A DNA stretch of 64,000 nt from a bacterium (GTDB lineage Bacteria > SZUA-182 > DTGQ01 > JAFGSM01), in assembly GCA_049472335.1 (NCBI GenBank), contig JBLIRO010000010.1, positions 1 to 64,000 of the forward strand. The letters are read 5' to 3'. The notes below the pieces were generated by a model. That model saw nothing but the letters and a program-made list of their open reading frames with translations. It was not told where the DNA came from and ran no database searches. Below, piece by piece: positions 29,435-38,863 of this stretch. A program made the translations under genes and the position numbers. Positions within the stretch are counted from its first letter, which is position 1. Every line of letters begins with the position of its first letter.

Positions 29435-31399
29435 CTATTTTTTGCTTATTTTGGAATTGCCGGTAATTCGATGGAACTGGTAAATGCTTGAGAATGGAAG
29501 TGTGCGCATTAACTCTTCAAGATTTGTTTTTCCGGAATTAAGTTTTTCCATTGCATCCTCTGCCATTAAGATGGTGCTTGCATAGGCGCTTTTTCGAAGC
29601 TCTTCAATGCCTGCTCCTTTGTTGATAAGAATCATATCCTTTTCACTTGGGACCCATAGCTCTGCTACCGCAATACAACCCCTGTAGCCTGTATTATGGC
29701 ATTCAGAGCATCCCTGTCCTCTAAACCAGTGGAAATTAGCCGGAGGGGCATCAAAAAATTCTTTAAGCACCTCTTCTGAAGGTATATATTCTTCTTTACA
29801 ATGTGGGCAGATTCGTCTAACCAGACGTTGGGATAAAACCCCCAAAAGGCATGAGACAATCTGGCTCGGATCAACTTTAAGATCCAATAACCGCATAATA
29901 GTACTGATAGCATCGTTAGTATGCAGGGTGCTTAAGACCATATGTCCGGTCTGGGCTGCCCTAAAGGCCATTTCTGCTGTTTCCGAGTCTCTGATCTCTC
30001 CGATCATGATGATTTCCGGGTCCTGTCTCAAGAAGGCCCTGACATAATTGGCAAAGGTATTACCTATCTTCGGATTCACCTCGCATTGGGTAATTTTGTC
30101 ATAGACATATTCAATAGGGTCCTCCGCGGACAGGATCTTGATACCGGGGCGATACGAAGTCAGTAATGAACCGTATAGTGTAGTGCTTTTTCCGGCCCCT
30201 GCGGGTCCGGTAACAAGAAGGATGCCCGAGTTTATTTTTAATAACTGGTGTAGAGATTCATTGATCTTTTTAGAAAATCCGAGCTGGTCAATGGATTTTG
30301 GCGCTTTTCTGGTATCCAGAATCCTTAAAACCACATTTTCTCCATAATAACCAGGAACGATAGAAATACGAAAATCTATCTTTGATTCTATCCCTTCTTT
30401 CGCAAATCTAGCACGGAAGCTTCCGTCCTGAGGACGTCTTTTTTCAGCGATATCCAGTCTTCCGAGGATTTTGATGCGTGAAACCACTTCTTTATGCAGC
30501 TTTTTGAGGTCTTCCTCGAGTTGGCCCAGATAAAGCTCCTGGAGAACTCCATCGATCCTGAACCTCAATAAAGCGGATTGGTCCGTGGTTTCAATATGAA
30601 TATCCGAAGCGGAATTTTTTAATCCCATGGCGATTATCTGTCCCACAAGACTATCGGCTCTCTTGTTTTGCTGAGATGGAACGCCTTCCATTTCAGGGAT
30701 ATCTTCTTCGATTAATTTTATACCAATATCCGTTTCCTCGAGCATATTGTCTTCATATAACTTTTTGAAGGCATCCAGGATGGCTCCCCTTGTTGAGGTA
30801 ACCACATTGATATTGAAGCCGGTAATTGCCTTAAGTTCCTCGATTAGATCTATATCAGTGGGATCATCCATGGCCAGGGTTATTGTATGTCCGATCCTTG
30901 CAATCGGAACGATCCGGTTTTTTTGAGCATAGTTTTTGTTGATTAGCTTTGAAAGACTTTCATCTACGGAGATGGTTTTAAAATCCACAAATGGTATGTT
31001 GAGCTGATTGCAAAGTGTTTGCCTCATTACCTCTTCGGAGATAAAGTCGAGCTCCACGAGGGCTTCTCCCAGGCGGAGGCGTGTTTTTTTTTGATAATCC
31101 AATGCAATCTCAAGGGTTTCTTTGGTGATAATTCCAGAATGTACCAATATTTCACCAAGACGGGGCCGTTTTTGAAAGCGATCCAGAAGAAAATTTAGTT
31201 GTTTTTGGGTTATGATACCTCTGTCAACCAGGATTTGGCCGACCGGTTTATAACCGGAAAGTTTTTCCTGATGTCTCAATGCCTCCTGAAGCTGTGATTT
31301 GGTAACAAGTTTTTCCAGAATTAAGATATCACCTATTTTGTAATCATCATAAAGGCCCTTTTTCTTCTTTTTGTCCTCTAATTGTTGAACCGCGTCCAT
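29435..31399 (-). CDS. GspE/PilB/MshE family ATPase with N-terminal MshEN-type repeats
   Basis: ASDIHIE, LDIAEKRRPQDG, Walker A GPAGAGKST, LRQDPEIIMIGEIRD, TGHMVLSTLHTN, CPHC/CSEC. Confidence 0.92.
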   Translation of the reverse strand: MDAVQQLEDKKKKKGLYDDYKIGDILILEKLVTKSQLQEALRHQEKLSGYKPVGQILVDRGIITQKQLNFLLDRFQKRPRLGEILVHSGIITKETLEIALDYQKKTRLRLGEALVELDFISEEVMRQTLCNQLNIPFVDFKTISVDESLSKLINKNYAQKNRIVPIARIGHTITLAMDDPTDIDLIEELKAITGFNINVVTSTRGAILDAFKKLYEDNMLEETDIGIKLIEEDIPEMEGVPSQQNKRADSLVGQIIAMGLKNSASDIHIETTDQSALLRFRIDGVLQELYLGQLEEDLKKLHKEVVSRIKILGRLDIAEKRRPQDGSFRARFAKEGIESKIDFRISIVPGYYGENVVLRILDTRKAPKSIDQLGFSKKINESLHQLLKINSGILLVTGPAGAGKSTTLYGSLLTSYRPGIKILSAEDPIEYVYDKITQCEVNPKIGNTFANYVRAFLRQDPEIIMIGEIRDSETAEMAFRAAQTGHMVLSTLHTNDAISTIMRLLDLKVDPSQIVSCLLGVLSQRLVRRICPHCKEEYIPSEEVLKEFFDAPPANFHWFRGQGCSECHNTGYRGCIAVAELWVPSEKDMILINKGAGIEELRKSAYASTILMAEDAMEKLNSGKTNLEELMRTLPFSSIYQFHRITGNSKISKK

Positions 31400-31522
31400 G
31401 ATGTCTCCTCATGACAAGATGATAACAATCATTAAGCCGCATATTTATATTATTAATATCGACAAAAAGATCTCAAAAAAATTGTCTGGCAATATTTTCA
31501 AAATGTCTCTTACGGACCTCTT

Positions 31523-32416
31523 CTATGCTCTGCTGTTTCCATAAAAGTCATTGATGATATCAAAGGCCTCCTGGGCCGTCTCGACATACTTGAAAATCTT
31601 TAAATCTTCCGGATCGATCATACCTTCTTCCAGCATGACATCGAAATCCAAGACGCGCTTCCAATACTCTTTACCAAACAGCAGCACGGGAATCGGTTTT
31701 ATCTTTTTGGTTTGTATGAGAGTCAGTGCGTCAAACAGCTCATCCAGGGTTCCGAAACCGCCGGGAAATATGACGAGAGCCTTTGCCCGCATGAGAAAAT
31801 GCATCTTACGAATTGCAAAGTAATGAAATTGAAAACAGAGTTCGGGAGTAATATACTGATTTGGCGCTTGCTCAGTAGGTAAAACGATATTCAGCCCTAT
31901 GCTCATTTTCCCTGCATCGTGGGCGCCTCTATTTGCTGCTCCCATGATACCCTGGCCGCCTCCGGTGATAATTACATAATTATAGTCTTTCTGATTCTGA
32001 CACGAGGAAGAAATTAGATGGGCAAACTCCCTCGCGGCCTCATAATACCTGCTCTTTTCAAGTCTCCGCCAGCTAATTTCAACTTGTCTTGCTAGCTCAG
32101 GGTCTGAGGGCGCTTCTAAGGCCTTTGACTTTGCTTTATTGTAATTTGACCTGGCTTTTTTTGGATCCAGAATACGCGAGCTTCCAAATACAACAATTGT
32201 TGAGTCGATTCCCTTTTCTTTTAAAATAAGCTCAGGTTTATACAGCTCAAGTTGTAGCCTGACCGGCCTGAGTTCGTCCCTTAGTAAAAAATCCTCATCG
32301 GCATAAGCCAAGCGATAGCTGGCAGAGCGGGTTTGTGCTGTATTCTTGACGGTATCTGCTTTTTTTGCGTCTTCGTTTGCGCTTGGGAAAACTCTGGAAC
32401 CGGTATCTTTGCTCAT
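31523..32416 (-). CDS. LOG family (TIGR00730-like) protein
   Basis: TGGGQGIMGAANRGA, FHYFAIRKMHF, PGGFGTLDE. Confidence 0.9.
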   Translation of the reverse strand: MSKDTGSRVFPSANEDAKKADTVKNTAQTRSASYRLAYADEDFLLRDELRPVRLQLELYKPELILKEKGIDSTIVVFGSSRILDPKKARSNYNKAKSKALEAPSDPELARQVEISWRRLEKSRYYEAAREFAHLISSSCQNQKDYNYVIITGGGQGIMGAANRGAHDAGKMSIGLNIVLPTEQAPNQYITPELCFQFHYFAIRKMHFLMRAKALVIFPGGFGTLDELFDALTLIQTKKIKPIPVLLFGKEYWKRVLDFDVMLEEGMIDPEDLKIFKYVETAQEAFDIINDFYGNSRA

Positions 32417-32587
32417 TGACTATCCCCCTTACAAGTCTTACATATTCTTAATCAGATGTCATTATATAACCAAGTATAGCTAAAACAAAATATTTTAGCA
32501 TATCATATAAAACAGGTCTACAAATTTGATGATTAAATAATCTTTGACTGCATGTTTTACAATTGTCAAATGTGTCCACTGATCCCT

Positions 32588-32634
32588 AATAAAAACCCCG
32601 CAGGCTTATGACAATCCTGCGGGGTTTTTTTATT
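32588..32634 (-). terminator. Intrinsic terminator
   Basis: AAAAACCCCGCAGG...CCTGCGGGGTTTTTTT downstream of 32701-33351. Confidence 0.85.
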
Positions 32635-32700
32635 AATTAAAGAGATTATATATCTAACTTAAAAACCTGCCTTGTATTGCGGGTTTAAACGATACTTTTG

Positions 32701-33351
32701 TTAAATAACCGGGGGCATAGCTATCGGAAATAGTGAACCTGTTGTGGGGACTGGAGCAGTTGTCGGCAGCATAAGAGCAGTTGGCCAGAAAGAGGCTCCT
32801 CCGATACCTATTGTCGGTGTCGGTGCTGCCATGAGTGGAGTTAATCCTACGCCACCAAAAGTAGGCGTAACCGTTGGTGTTGGTGCGATCATCAGGGGGG
32901 TTAAGCCGATACCGCCGAATGTGGGTGTAACTGTAGGGGTTGGTGCTAGCATAAGAGGTGTTAATCCGATGCCGCCGAATGTCGGAGTAAATGTAGGAGT
33001 AAAAGTCGGGGTAAACGCAGGTGTTGTCGGGGCCAGCATGAAAGCCGGGAAAGCGGCAGCGGTTGTTGGAACTGTGGGAACTGTGGGCAGCATAAGAGCT
33101 GTCGGCCACAACCCGATTCCGCCCCCAATGATACCAGGGGCAACAGTCGGTGTGGGGGCCACCATAAGAGGGGTTAATCCACCGACACCAATTATGGGAC
33201 TGACTGTAGGGGTTGGTGCTACCATAAGGGTTGTAGGGGTAATACCAGGTGCCGTGGTTGTAGGAAGGATCACGGCATAAGCATTCAATGAAATAAAGCC
33301 TAAAACTGTAATTATAACAAAACTGATTAATAAGGATTTCATTAACTTCAT
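32701..33351 (-). CDS. Secreted Pro/Thr/Gly/Leu/Met repeat protein with no charged residues in the mature part
   Basis: SD AAGGAG; signal ending AYA|V; 20-aa repeats GGIGLTPLMxAPTPTVTPTF; own terminator. Confidence 0.85.
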   Translation of the reverse strand: MKLMKSLLISFVIITVLGFISLNAYAVILPTTTAPGITPTTLMVAPTPTVSPIIGVGGLTPLMVAPTPTVAPGIIGGGIGLWPTALMLPTVPTVPTTAAAFPAFMLAPTTPAFTPTFTPTFTPTFGGIGLTPLMLAPTPTVTPTFGGIGLTPLMIAPTPTVTPTFGGVGLTPLMAAPTPTIGIGGASFWPTALMLPTTAPVPTTGSLFPIAMPPVI

Positions 33352-33885
33352 CTTCTAACTCTCCTTTTTTAGACGAATATTTGGTTTTTTAAACCCGTGC
33401 GGCAATTCTTTTGACGTGTCAAAGGCTTTTTATGGATAGAAAAACATAAAGAAATGCCACCAATGAAAAAATAAAATAAAAAACTTTTAAATATCCCATC
33501 CCTCCTTTTTTAAAAAATTTTTGTTCCCAAGGGGATTAAGTTGATAATAGGGTTTGTTTAGAAAAATATGATCGAAAAAATAAAAACGATTAAAAAAACC
33601 AAAAATGATTCGGCCTTGCTTAAGTATCTGATTTATTGTATTGAATAGAAAAAATCATTTTTTTAAAACCTCACAACAGCCTTCCAGTAATTCTTGTTTT
33701 TTGGAATAATCTCTACGAAAATTCCTTAAGTCAGAGCTTATAGTCTATTTTATTTGTAGATTTAATATACTTATATTTTAAAAACAAATTGTTTATTAAA
33801 AATCGACAAAGAATAAATTCAAATTAAATATTATAAGATTTAATATTTCTAATAAAATTTGACAAAATAAATCATAAAAGGAAAA

Positions 33886-33915
33886 TATAGACGAAAATTA
33901 TAAATATCTCTTATG
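33886..33915 (-). promoter_or_regulatory. Candidate ECF-sigma-like promoter, CATAA-N17-CGTCTATA
   Basis: Matches the sites at 751 and 57890; oriented toward 32701-33351. Confidence 0.45.
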
Positions 33916-34231
33916 GATTATAATTAATTTATTTATAAATTTTGTATACCTTTCTTTTGCAAAAGTCTTCTGTATTCCTCGTATATCTACGTATAAACTT
34001 CATATAAAGTTAAAAGTGTACAATAAAGTGAGTCATTATAAGATGAATTTTTAGATAATATTATATCAAATAATAGGTATTTTGTCAATAGTATTTTAAG
34101 GTAATAAAAATAGAAAAATAAATAAAATAAGTATAATGTCTTAGATCTGTCTTTTGTCAGGTAAAGAAAATAACATTTTAACCCAGATCTTTCATTGGAA
34201 AAGATAAATGGAATTAGTCTAAATCCCTGAC

Positions 34232-34274
34232 AAAAAAGGCATGCTGCGTATTACAAAAGCAGCATGCCTTTTTT
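34232..34274 (-). terminator. Intrinsic terminator
   Basis: AAAAAAGGCATGCTGC...GCAGCATGCCTTTTTT downstream of 34353-34985. Confidence 0.85.
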
Positions 34275-34352
34275 ATACCTTTTTAACTTAATATGTTGGT
34301 TTGATATAAATCTCTTTTGAATATTTCAAATTGCTGTAACCGTTCGAAATAG

Positions 34353-34985
34353 TTAAATAACGGGAACTGGCGCAAAAGTGCCTGTAAAGGCGTATCCTGA
34401 CGGAATAATATCACTTGCTGCAAGGAGATTGGGGAAAATTCCGTATAAATTCTGATACGCGGTATTCACAATAGGAATCCAGAAATCAAGCCATAGGATG
34501 GGATCAAAGCTTACCAGAGATGCATAATTTGTAGGCAATGCTATCGGGGCCGGACCTGTTGTTGAAACGGTACCTGCAAGGGTCGTAGTGGTTGTTACTC
34601 CAACCAAAGAAGCAGGGGGCCATGCCTTGAAAGAATAGACTGGATTGAAAGCTCCTTCAGTGGGATCAAAGTAAATTAGCTCGTTGGCAGTCAAATCAAT
34701 GGGAACATAATTATAGAGAAGGTAAAAGTAAGGTAAGCTGGGGTCCCAGACAAAAGCAGGCTGCATCGGAAGATAGGTGCTTTTTGTGAGAGTGCTTACG
34801 AGCGGGGTAGGGACACCTGTGAGAGGATTCGGAGGAGATAATATGGGAGACCAAAGCGGCCATAAGACATTGTAGGGCGGGATAGCTTGCCATAGTTGAG
34901 CCATACCCATATCTGGAAACAGACAAAAAAGGGTGATAACAAATAAACAAAAAAATAGGACATATTTTGATGATTTTCCTTTCAT
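34353..34985 (-). CDS. PPYN(V)LWPLWSP family, paralog 5 (dispersed, more divergent)
   Basis: Signal ending GMA|Q; WQAIPPYNVLWPLWSPILSPPNPLTGVPTPLV...QPAFVWDPS...LLYN...YFDP...WPP. Confidence 0.9.
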   Translation of the reverse strand: MKGKSSKYVLFFCLFVITLFCLFPDMGMAQLWQAIPPYNVLWPLWSPILSPPNPLTGVPTPLVSTLTKSTYLPMQPAFVWDPSLPYFYLLYNYVPIDLTANELIYFDPTEGAFNPVYSFKAWPPASLVGVTTTTTLAGTVSTTGPAPIALPTNYASLVSFDPILWLDFWIPIVNTAYQNLYGIFPNLLAASDIIPSGYAFTGTFAPVPVI

Positions 34986-35196
34986 GATACATCCCCTTCT
35001 AAAAAAACAGGATTTTTGAGATAAACGCTCGTTTAAATTAAAATCCTCATTAATTAAGCTTAAAAATAGACTTTTATGGTTGCAGTTTTATGAATTATAT
35101 ATAAAAAGTATAGCAAAGGATACATAGGTGTGTCAATATTCTTGGAACAAATAATCGGGTATAACTCTTTGTATTTTAATAATAAACATCATAGGT

Positions 35197-36603
35197 TTAA
35201 ACTGTTTTAACTCGAATCATGTTTGTTATGCCCATTGAAAGTACAGGAAGCCCTGCCGTGATAACAACGATATCCCCGGGTGTTACCTTTTTCATTTTTA
35301 TTGCTGTGTCAACTGCCTTTTTAATCATAACATCCGTGTCGGATAGGGGCTCGATATAGCATGGGATGACGTCCCAGTGCAATGTCAATCTGCGTAATGT
35401 CTGTTCTGAAGGGCTAAGCGCAATTATAGGTTGTGCGGGTCTGAATCGGGAGATCTCCCTTGCGGTTGTTCCTGATTGGGTAAATGCTAGAATGGCCCTG
35501 GCATTAAGATGGCTTGCCAACATGCAGGCTGCCTGTGCTACTGATTCCGTAATGCTCCATCCCTTTCCCTTTGTCTTAAGATAGTGGTCATACGGGTAAT
35601 TTTTTTCTGTTTCCTTAGCGATCAATGACATATATTTTAATGCCTTGACAGGATATTTGCCTGTCGCGGTCTCCTCAGAGAGCATAATTGCATCGGTTCC
35701 GTCCAGGATTGCATTTGCAATATCCGTGGCCTCGGCACGTGTCGGCCGGTTGGAATCCACCATGGAACGAAGCATTTGTGTAGCTGTAATCACGGGTTTT
35801 CCTGTTGAATTAGCCTTTTTAATTATCTCTTTTTGAACCTGCGGCACCTTTTCGAGAGGAATTTCAACACCAAGGTCACCTCTGGCTACCATTATGCCAT
35901 CAGCGGCCTGTAAAATTGAATCAAGATTTTTAACCGCCTCATGTTTTTCAATCTTAGCTATAACCGGGGGGGGCTCTTTTTTCTTTGATATGATTTCCTT
36001 TATCTTGAGAATGTCTTCCGCCCATCTTACGAAAGACAGAGCCACTATGTCTATACCCCGTTCAAGCCCAAAATGAAGATCCTCTATATCTTTTTTGGTT
36101 ACTGAAGGGGTGTTTATGGTCCCGGATGGAATATTGATCCCCTTGTGTGAGCTCAACCAACCCCCGATAATCACCCTGCATTGGATTTCGGAGTCCGTGG
36201 TCTTGAGGACCTTAAGTTCCAATGTTCCATCGGCTATTAATATAACGTCTCCCTTACGGACATCACTTGGTAGTTGGGGATAAGTAACTGAGACCGCTTT
36301 TTCTGATCCTGTGACGGATTGGTTGGTCAGGGTAAAAATCTGTCCTGTTTTGATTCGAATCCCCGGATCGGGTATCGTGCCTATTCTGATCTTGGGTCCG
36401 GCCAGGTCCTGTAAAATAGCGACATATTGCCCCAGTTTTAATGAAATCTCCCTGATATGGCGTATTTTTTCGGCGTGTTGTTCATGGTTTCCATGGGAGA
36501 AGTTAAGGCGTGCCACATTCATCCCTCCCTTTATCAAATGCTCGATCTGTTCGGGTGTGTCACTGGCGGGGCCTATTGTACAAATGATTTTTGTTCTGCG
36601 CAT
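35197..36603 (-). CDS. pyk: Pyruvate kinase
   Basis: RTKIICTIGPAS, ARLNFSHG, IAKIEK, DGIMVARGDLGVE, ITATQML, DGTDAIMLSEETA. Confidence 0.97.
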   Translation of the reverse strand: MRRTKIICTIGPASDTPEQIEHLIKGGMNVARLNFSHGNHEQHAEKIRHIREISLKLGQYVAILQDLAGPKIRIGTIPDPGIRIKTGQIFTLTNQSVTGSEKAVSVTYPQLPSDVRKGDVILIADGTLELKVLKTTDSEIQCRVIIGGWLSSHKGINIPSGTINTPSVTKKDIEDLHFGLERGIDIVALSFVRWAEDILKIKEIISKKKEPPPVIAKIEKHEAVKNLDSILQAADGIMVARGDLGVEIPLEKVPQVQKEIIKKANSTGKPVITATQMLRSMVDSNRPTRAEATDIANAILDGTDAIMLSEETATGKYPVKALKYMSLIAKETEKNYPYDHYLKTKGKGWSITESVAQAACMLASHLNARAILAFTQSGTTAREISRFRPAQPIIALSPSEQTLRRLTLHWDVIPCYIEPLSDTDVMIKKAVDTAIKMKKVTPGDIVVITAGLPVLSMGITNMIRVKTV

Positions 36604-36630
36604 GTTATCTCACTTTGATTAAATCCCTTT

Positions 36631-38820
36631 TCAATTTCCTGTCATTCCACCTTTATTAATGTTTCCTCTATGGCATGAATCGACGTTACATGAGGCCTCA
36701 GGCCTTATTTCATAATGGATTGTTGTACCTCCCAGGGGCGGCTTATGTAAATGTGGTTTGTGGCAGCCGTCCGTACTGCAGGATCTGTTCTGCTTGTCCC
36801 AGTTTATCCGGTCCCTGAGCAAACCGGGTAATTGGCTCCCATGTGGAACATGACATACAATGCAGTTTTGATGTGAGAAATGACCATGAAAAATTTTTAT
36901 AATCAAAGAATACTCCAGCATACTGTTATCTTCATGCGTATGACAAGCTAAACAAGAGGCTGTTCCATTATTTTGTATGATCTCTTTTGGGGGATCTTTC
37001 ATATTTGCGGGATTGTTCGTTTGAGGCTTATCCATATGTTGCGGATAATATGGAAACATATTCTTGGGTACTGTTCTTATAATCGAATTCGTATTCATCA
37101 TTGGATGAGTTATAATCGGCATTGTTTTCGTCATCGGGGTCGTATTCATCATTGGATGAGTGATCATTGGCATTGTTTTTGTCATCGGGACAGTATTCAT
37201 CATTGGGGACATTATCATTGGCATTGTTCCCATCATCGGGTCTGTATACATCATCGGATACATAATCATCGGTATTGTTCCCATCATCGGGTCCGTATAC
37301 ATCATCGGACCGCTCATAATTAAAAATCCAGGTGTCATGACGGGTGCCATTATCATTAATCCGGGGTCCATAATCGGGGTCAAGCCCGGCCCTATAACCA
37401 TCGTGACAGGACCGGATCTTATCATACTCATTGTCTCAATTCCAGGAAGCATTGAGATGCCCGGTCCCGGAGCAATAACCGGCGAAGGGGCCATGATTCC
37501 TGGAATCTGTTGAGTAATCATCCCGGCGCCTGTAAGAGTCGGTGGAATCAGTGGCATTGCTCCGGGAACAACCAAATTCGGAACTATCCCGCCCCCCATT
37601 AGTGGAACCGGTGCCATAAGTGTTGACTGGCCTGCAATGATAGCTGCAGGATTACTTCCCATAATGGGATCAACAGGACTCCCGTTAATAAGGCCTGCTA
37701 CAGGCATCCCCCCTGCTATTCCTGCCCCATTGATACCCATCCTGCTGCGTTGCTGTGATCCCCCGGAGCCGCCCATGTCATTATTCATATAGGGCTTCAT
37801 TTCATCTTTAAACATCGAGTTAGGACCGCTGTTATCCATAATCTGTTGAGGATTTAATCCATTATACATAGGAGCTCCCATGTCATTATTCATGGTAGAG
37901 CCAGGATTAGTTTGATTCATAATCTGTTTCCCGTCGAACAAATCCTCTGTTATATGGTTATGGGGATACCAGAATCTTACCATTTCCAATTCATCCGGCG
38001 ATACCTCTCTATATAAAATCTCATTAAGAATGACCGGTATCGGCCTTGCAGTGCTAAAAGGATTGGGGCCAAAGAGGGACCCCCCTGTAAAATGACAATC
38101 CAGGCAGAATCTATTAAACTGATTACTGTATTCTGTGTATTCTGTCTGATTAAGGTTTTCCAACTGATTGGATTTATCCAATGCATAATAATTTCTGCCC
38201 TGTTGGTTTTCCGGATCGTGGTTCTTTAACTCAACAGCCATATTTTGATGAAATTCCGGAAACTCCTCCATATGGCAGACTTTACAATCGTGATTCATTG
38301 GCCGGCCTCCGATGTGATTCGAAGACATCTTAAGGGCCGGATCCATAGACATCTCAAATAGTTTACCTATGGCGGGGTATCCACCCTTTGGATGAGAATG
38401 ACATTCCAGGCAATCCCTATCATCCTCGACTTCTATTAATTTATATACTCCTTCAATACTGCCGTTTATATGAGCAGATGTGGTGAATCCGTTCCTGATG
38501 GTTTCTTCATGACATCCTTGCCCACAGGTCTTAAGGGATGCATTTTTATGTTGCCCTGTTTCCGGGGGCGCTCCGTGGCAGCCATAGCAGTCCAGCTTAG
38601 GTGTGTTTTTATCCCATTTTATTGGGCGATATCTTTGATTTCCGTCGCTATGGCAATAAACCCTTATGCAGGTTTTGGTAACAGGGTCATAGACCGATGG
38701 ATCACAGTTTATCTTTTTGTTCATCGGATGACATACCAAGGTTATTGCCGCTAGTTGAAAGATTGTAAAAAGGATAACAAAACCAATCAAATATCTTTTT
38801 TTATTATCGTACATCCTCAA
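36631..38820 (-). CDS. Multiheme cytochrome c (10 heme motifs) with central Met/Pro/Gly-rich insert
   Basis: 6 CxxCH, 1 CxxxCH (CGQGCH), 3 CxxxxCH (CIRVYCH, CSTDGCH, CNVDSCH); hydrophobic N-terminus. Confidence 0.88.
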   Translation of the reverse strand: MRMYDNKKRYLIGFVILFTIFQLAAITLVCHPMNKKINCDPSVYDPVTKTCIRVYCHSDGNQRYRPIKWDKNTPKLDCYGCHGAPPETGQHKNASLKTCGQGCHEETIRNGFTTSAHINGSIEGVYKLIEVEDDRDCLECHSHPKGGYPAIGKLFEMSMDPALKMSSNHIGGRPMNHDCKVCHMEEFPEFHQNMAVELKNHDPENQQGRNYYALDKSNQLENLNQTEYTEYSNQFNRFCLDCHFTGGSLFGPNPFSTARPIPVILNEILYREVSPDELEMVRFWYPHNHITEDLFDGKQIMNQTNPGSTMNNDMGAPMYNGLNPQQIMDNSGPNSMFKDEMKPYMNNDMGGSGGSQQRSRMGINGAGIAGGMPVAGLINGSPVDPIMGSNPAAIIAGQSTLMAPVPLMGGGIVPNLVVPGAMPLIPPTLTGAGMITQQIPGIMAPSPVIAPGPGISMLPGIETMSMIRSGPVTMVIGPGLTPIMDPGLMIMAPVMTPGFLIMSGPMMYTDPMMGTIPMIMYPMMYTDPMMGTMPMIMSPMMNTVPMTKTMPMITHPMMNTTPMTKTMPIITHPMMNTNSIIRTVPKNMFPYYPQHMDKPQTNNPANMKDPPKEIIQNNGTASCLACHTHEDNSMLEYSLIIKIFHGHFSHQNCIVCHVPHGSQLPGLLRDRINWDKQNRSCSTDGCHKPHLHKPPLGGTTIHYEIRPEASCNVDSCHRGNINKGGMTGN
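37066..37308. repeat. Coding 51-bp (17-aa) tandem repeat, about 4.7 copies
   Basis: PMMYTDPMMGTIPMIMY, PMMYTDPMMGTMPMIMS, PMMNTVPMTKTMPMITH, PMMNTTPMTKTMPIITH, PMMNTNS. Confidence 0.9.
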
Positions 38821-38863
38821 TTTCTCTCTTTAACATTAATTATCATGCCTTAAAATTTTCAGT

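Noticed and set aside
32744..33280. Plus-strand 178-aa Gly/Val-rich ORF
   Set aside because: Antisense product of the Pro/Thr repeats; SD and signal peptide support the minus-strand gene.
33419..33499. 26-aa hydrophobic minus-strand ORF MGYLKVFYFIFSLVAFLYVFLSIKSL
   Set aside because: AGGAGG is only 1 nt from the ATG, and T-rich DNA gives F/L/I peptides by chance.
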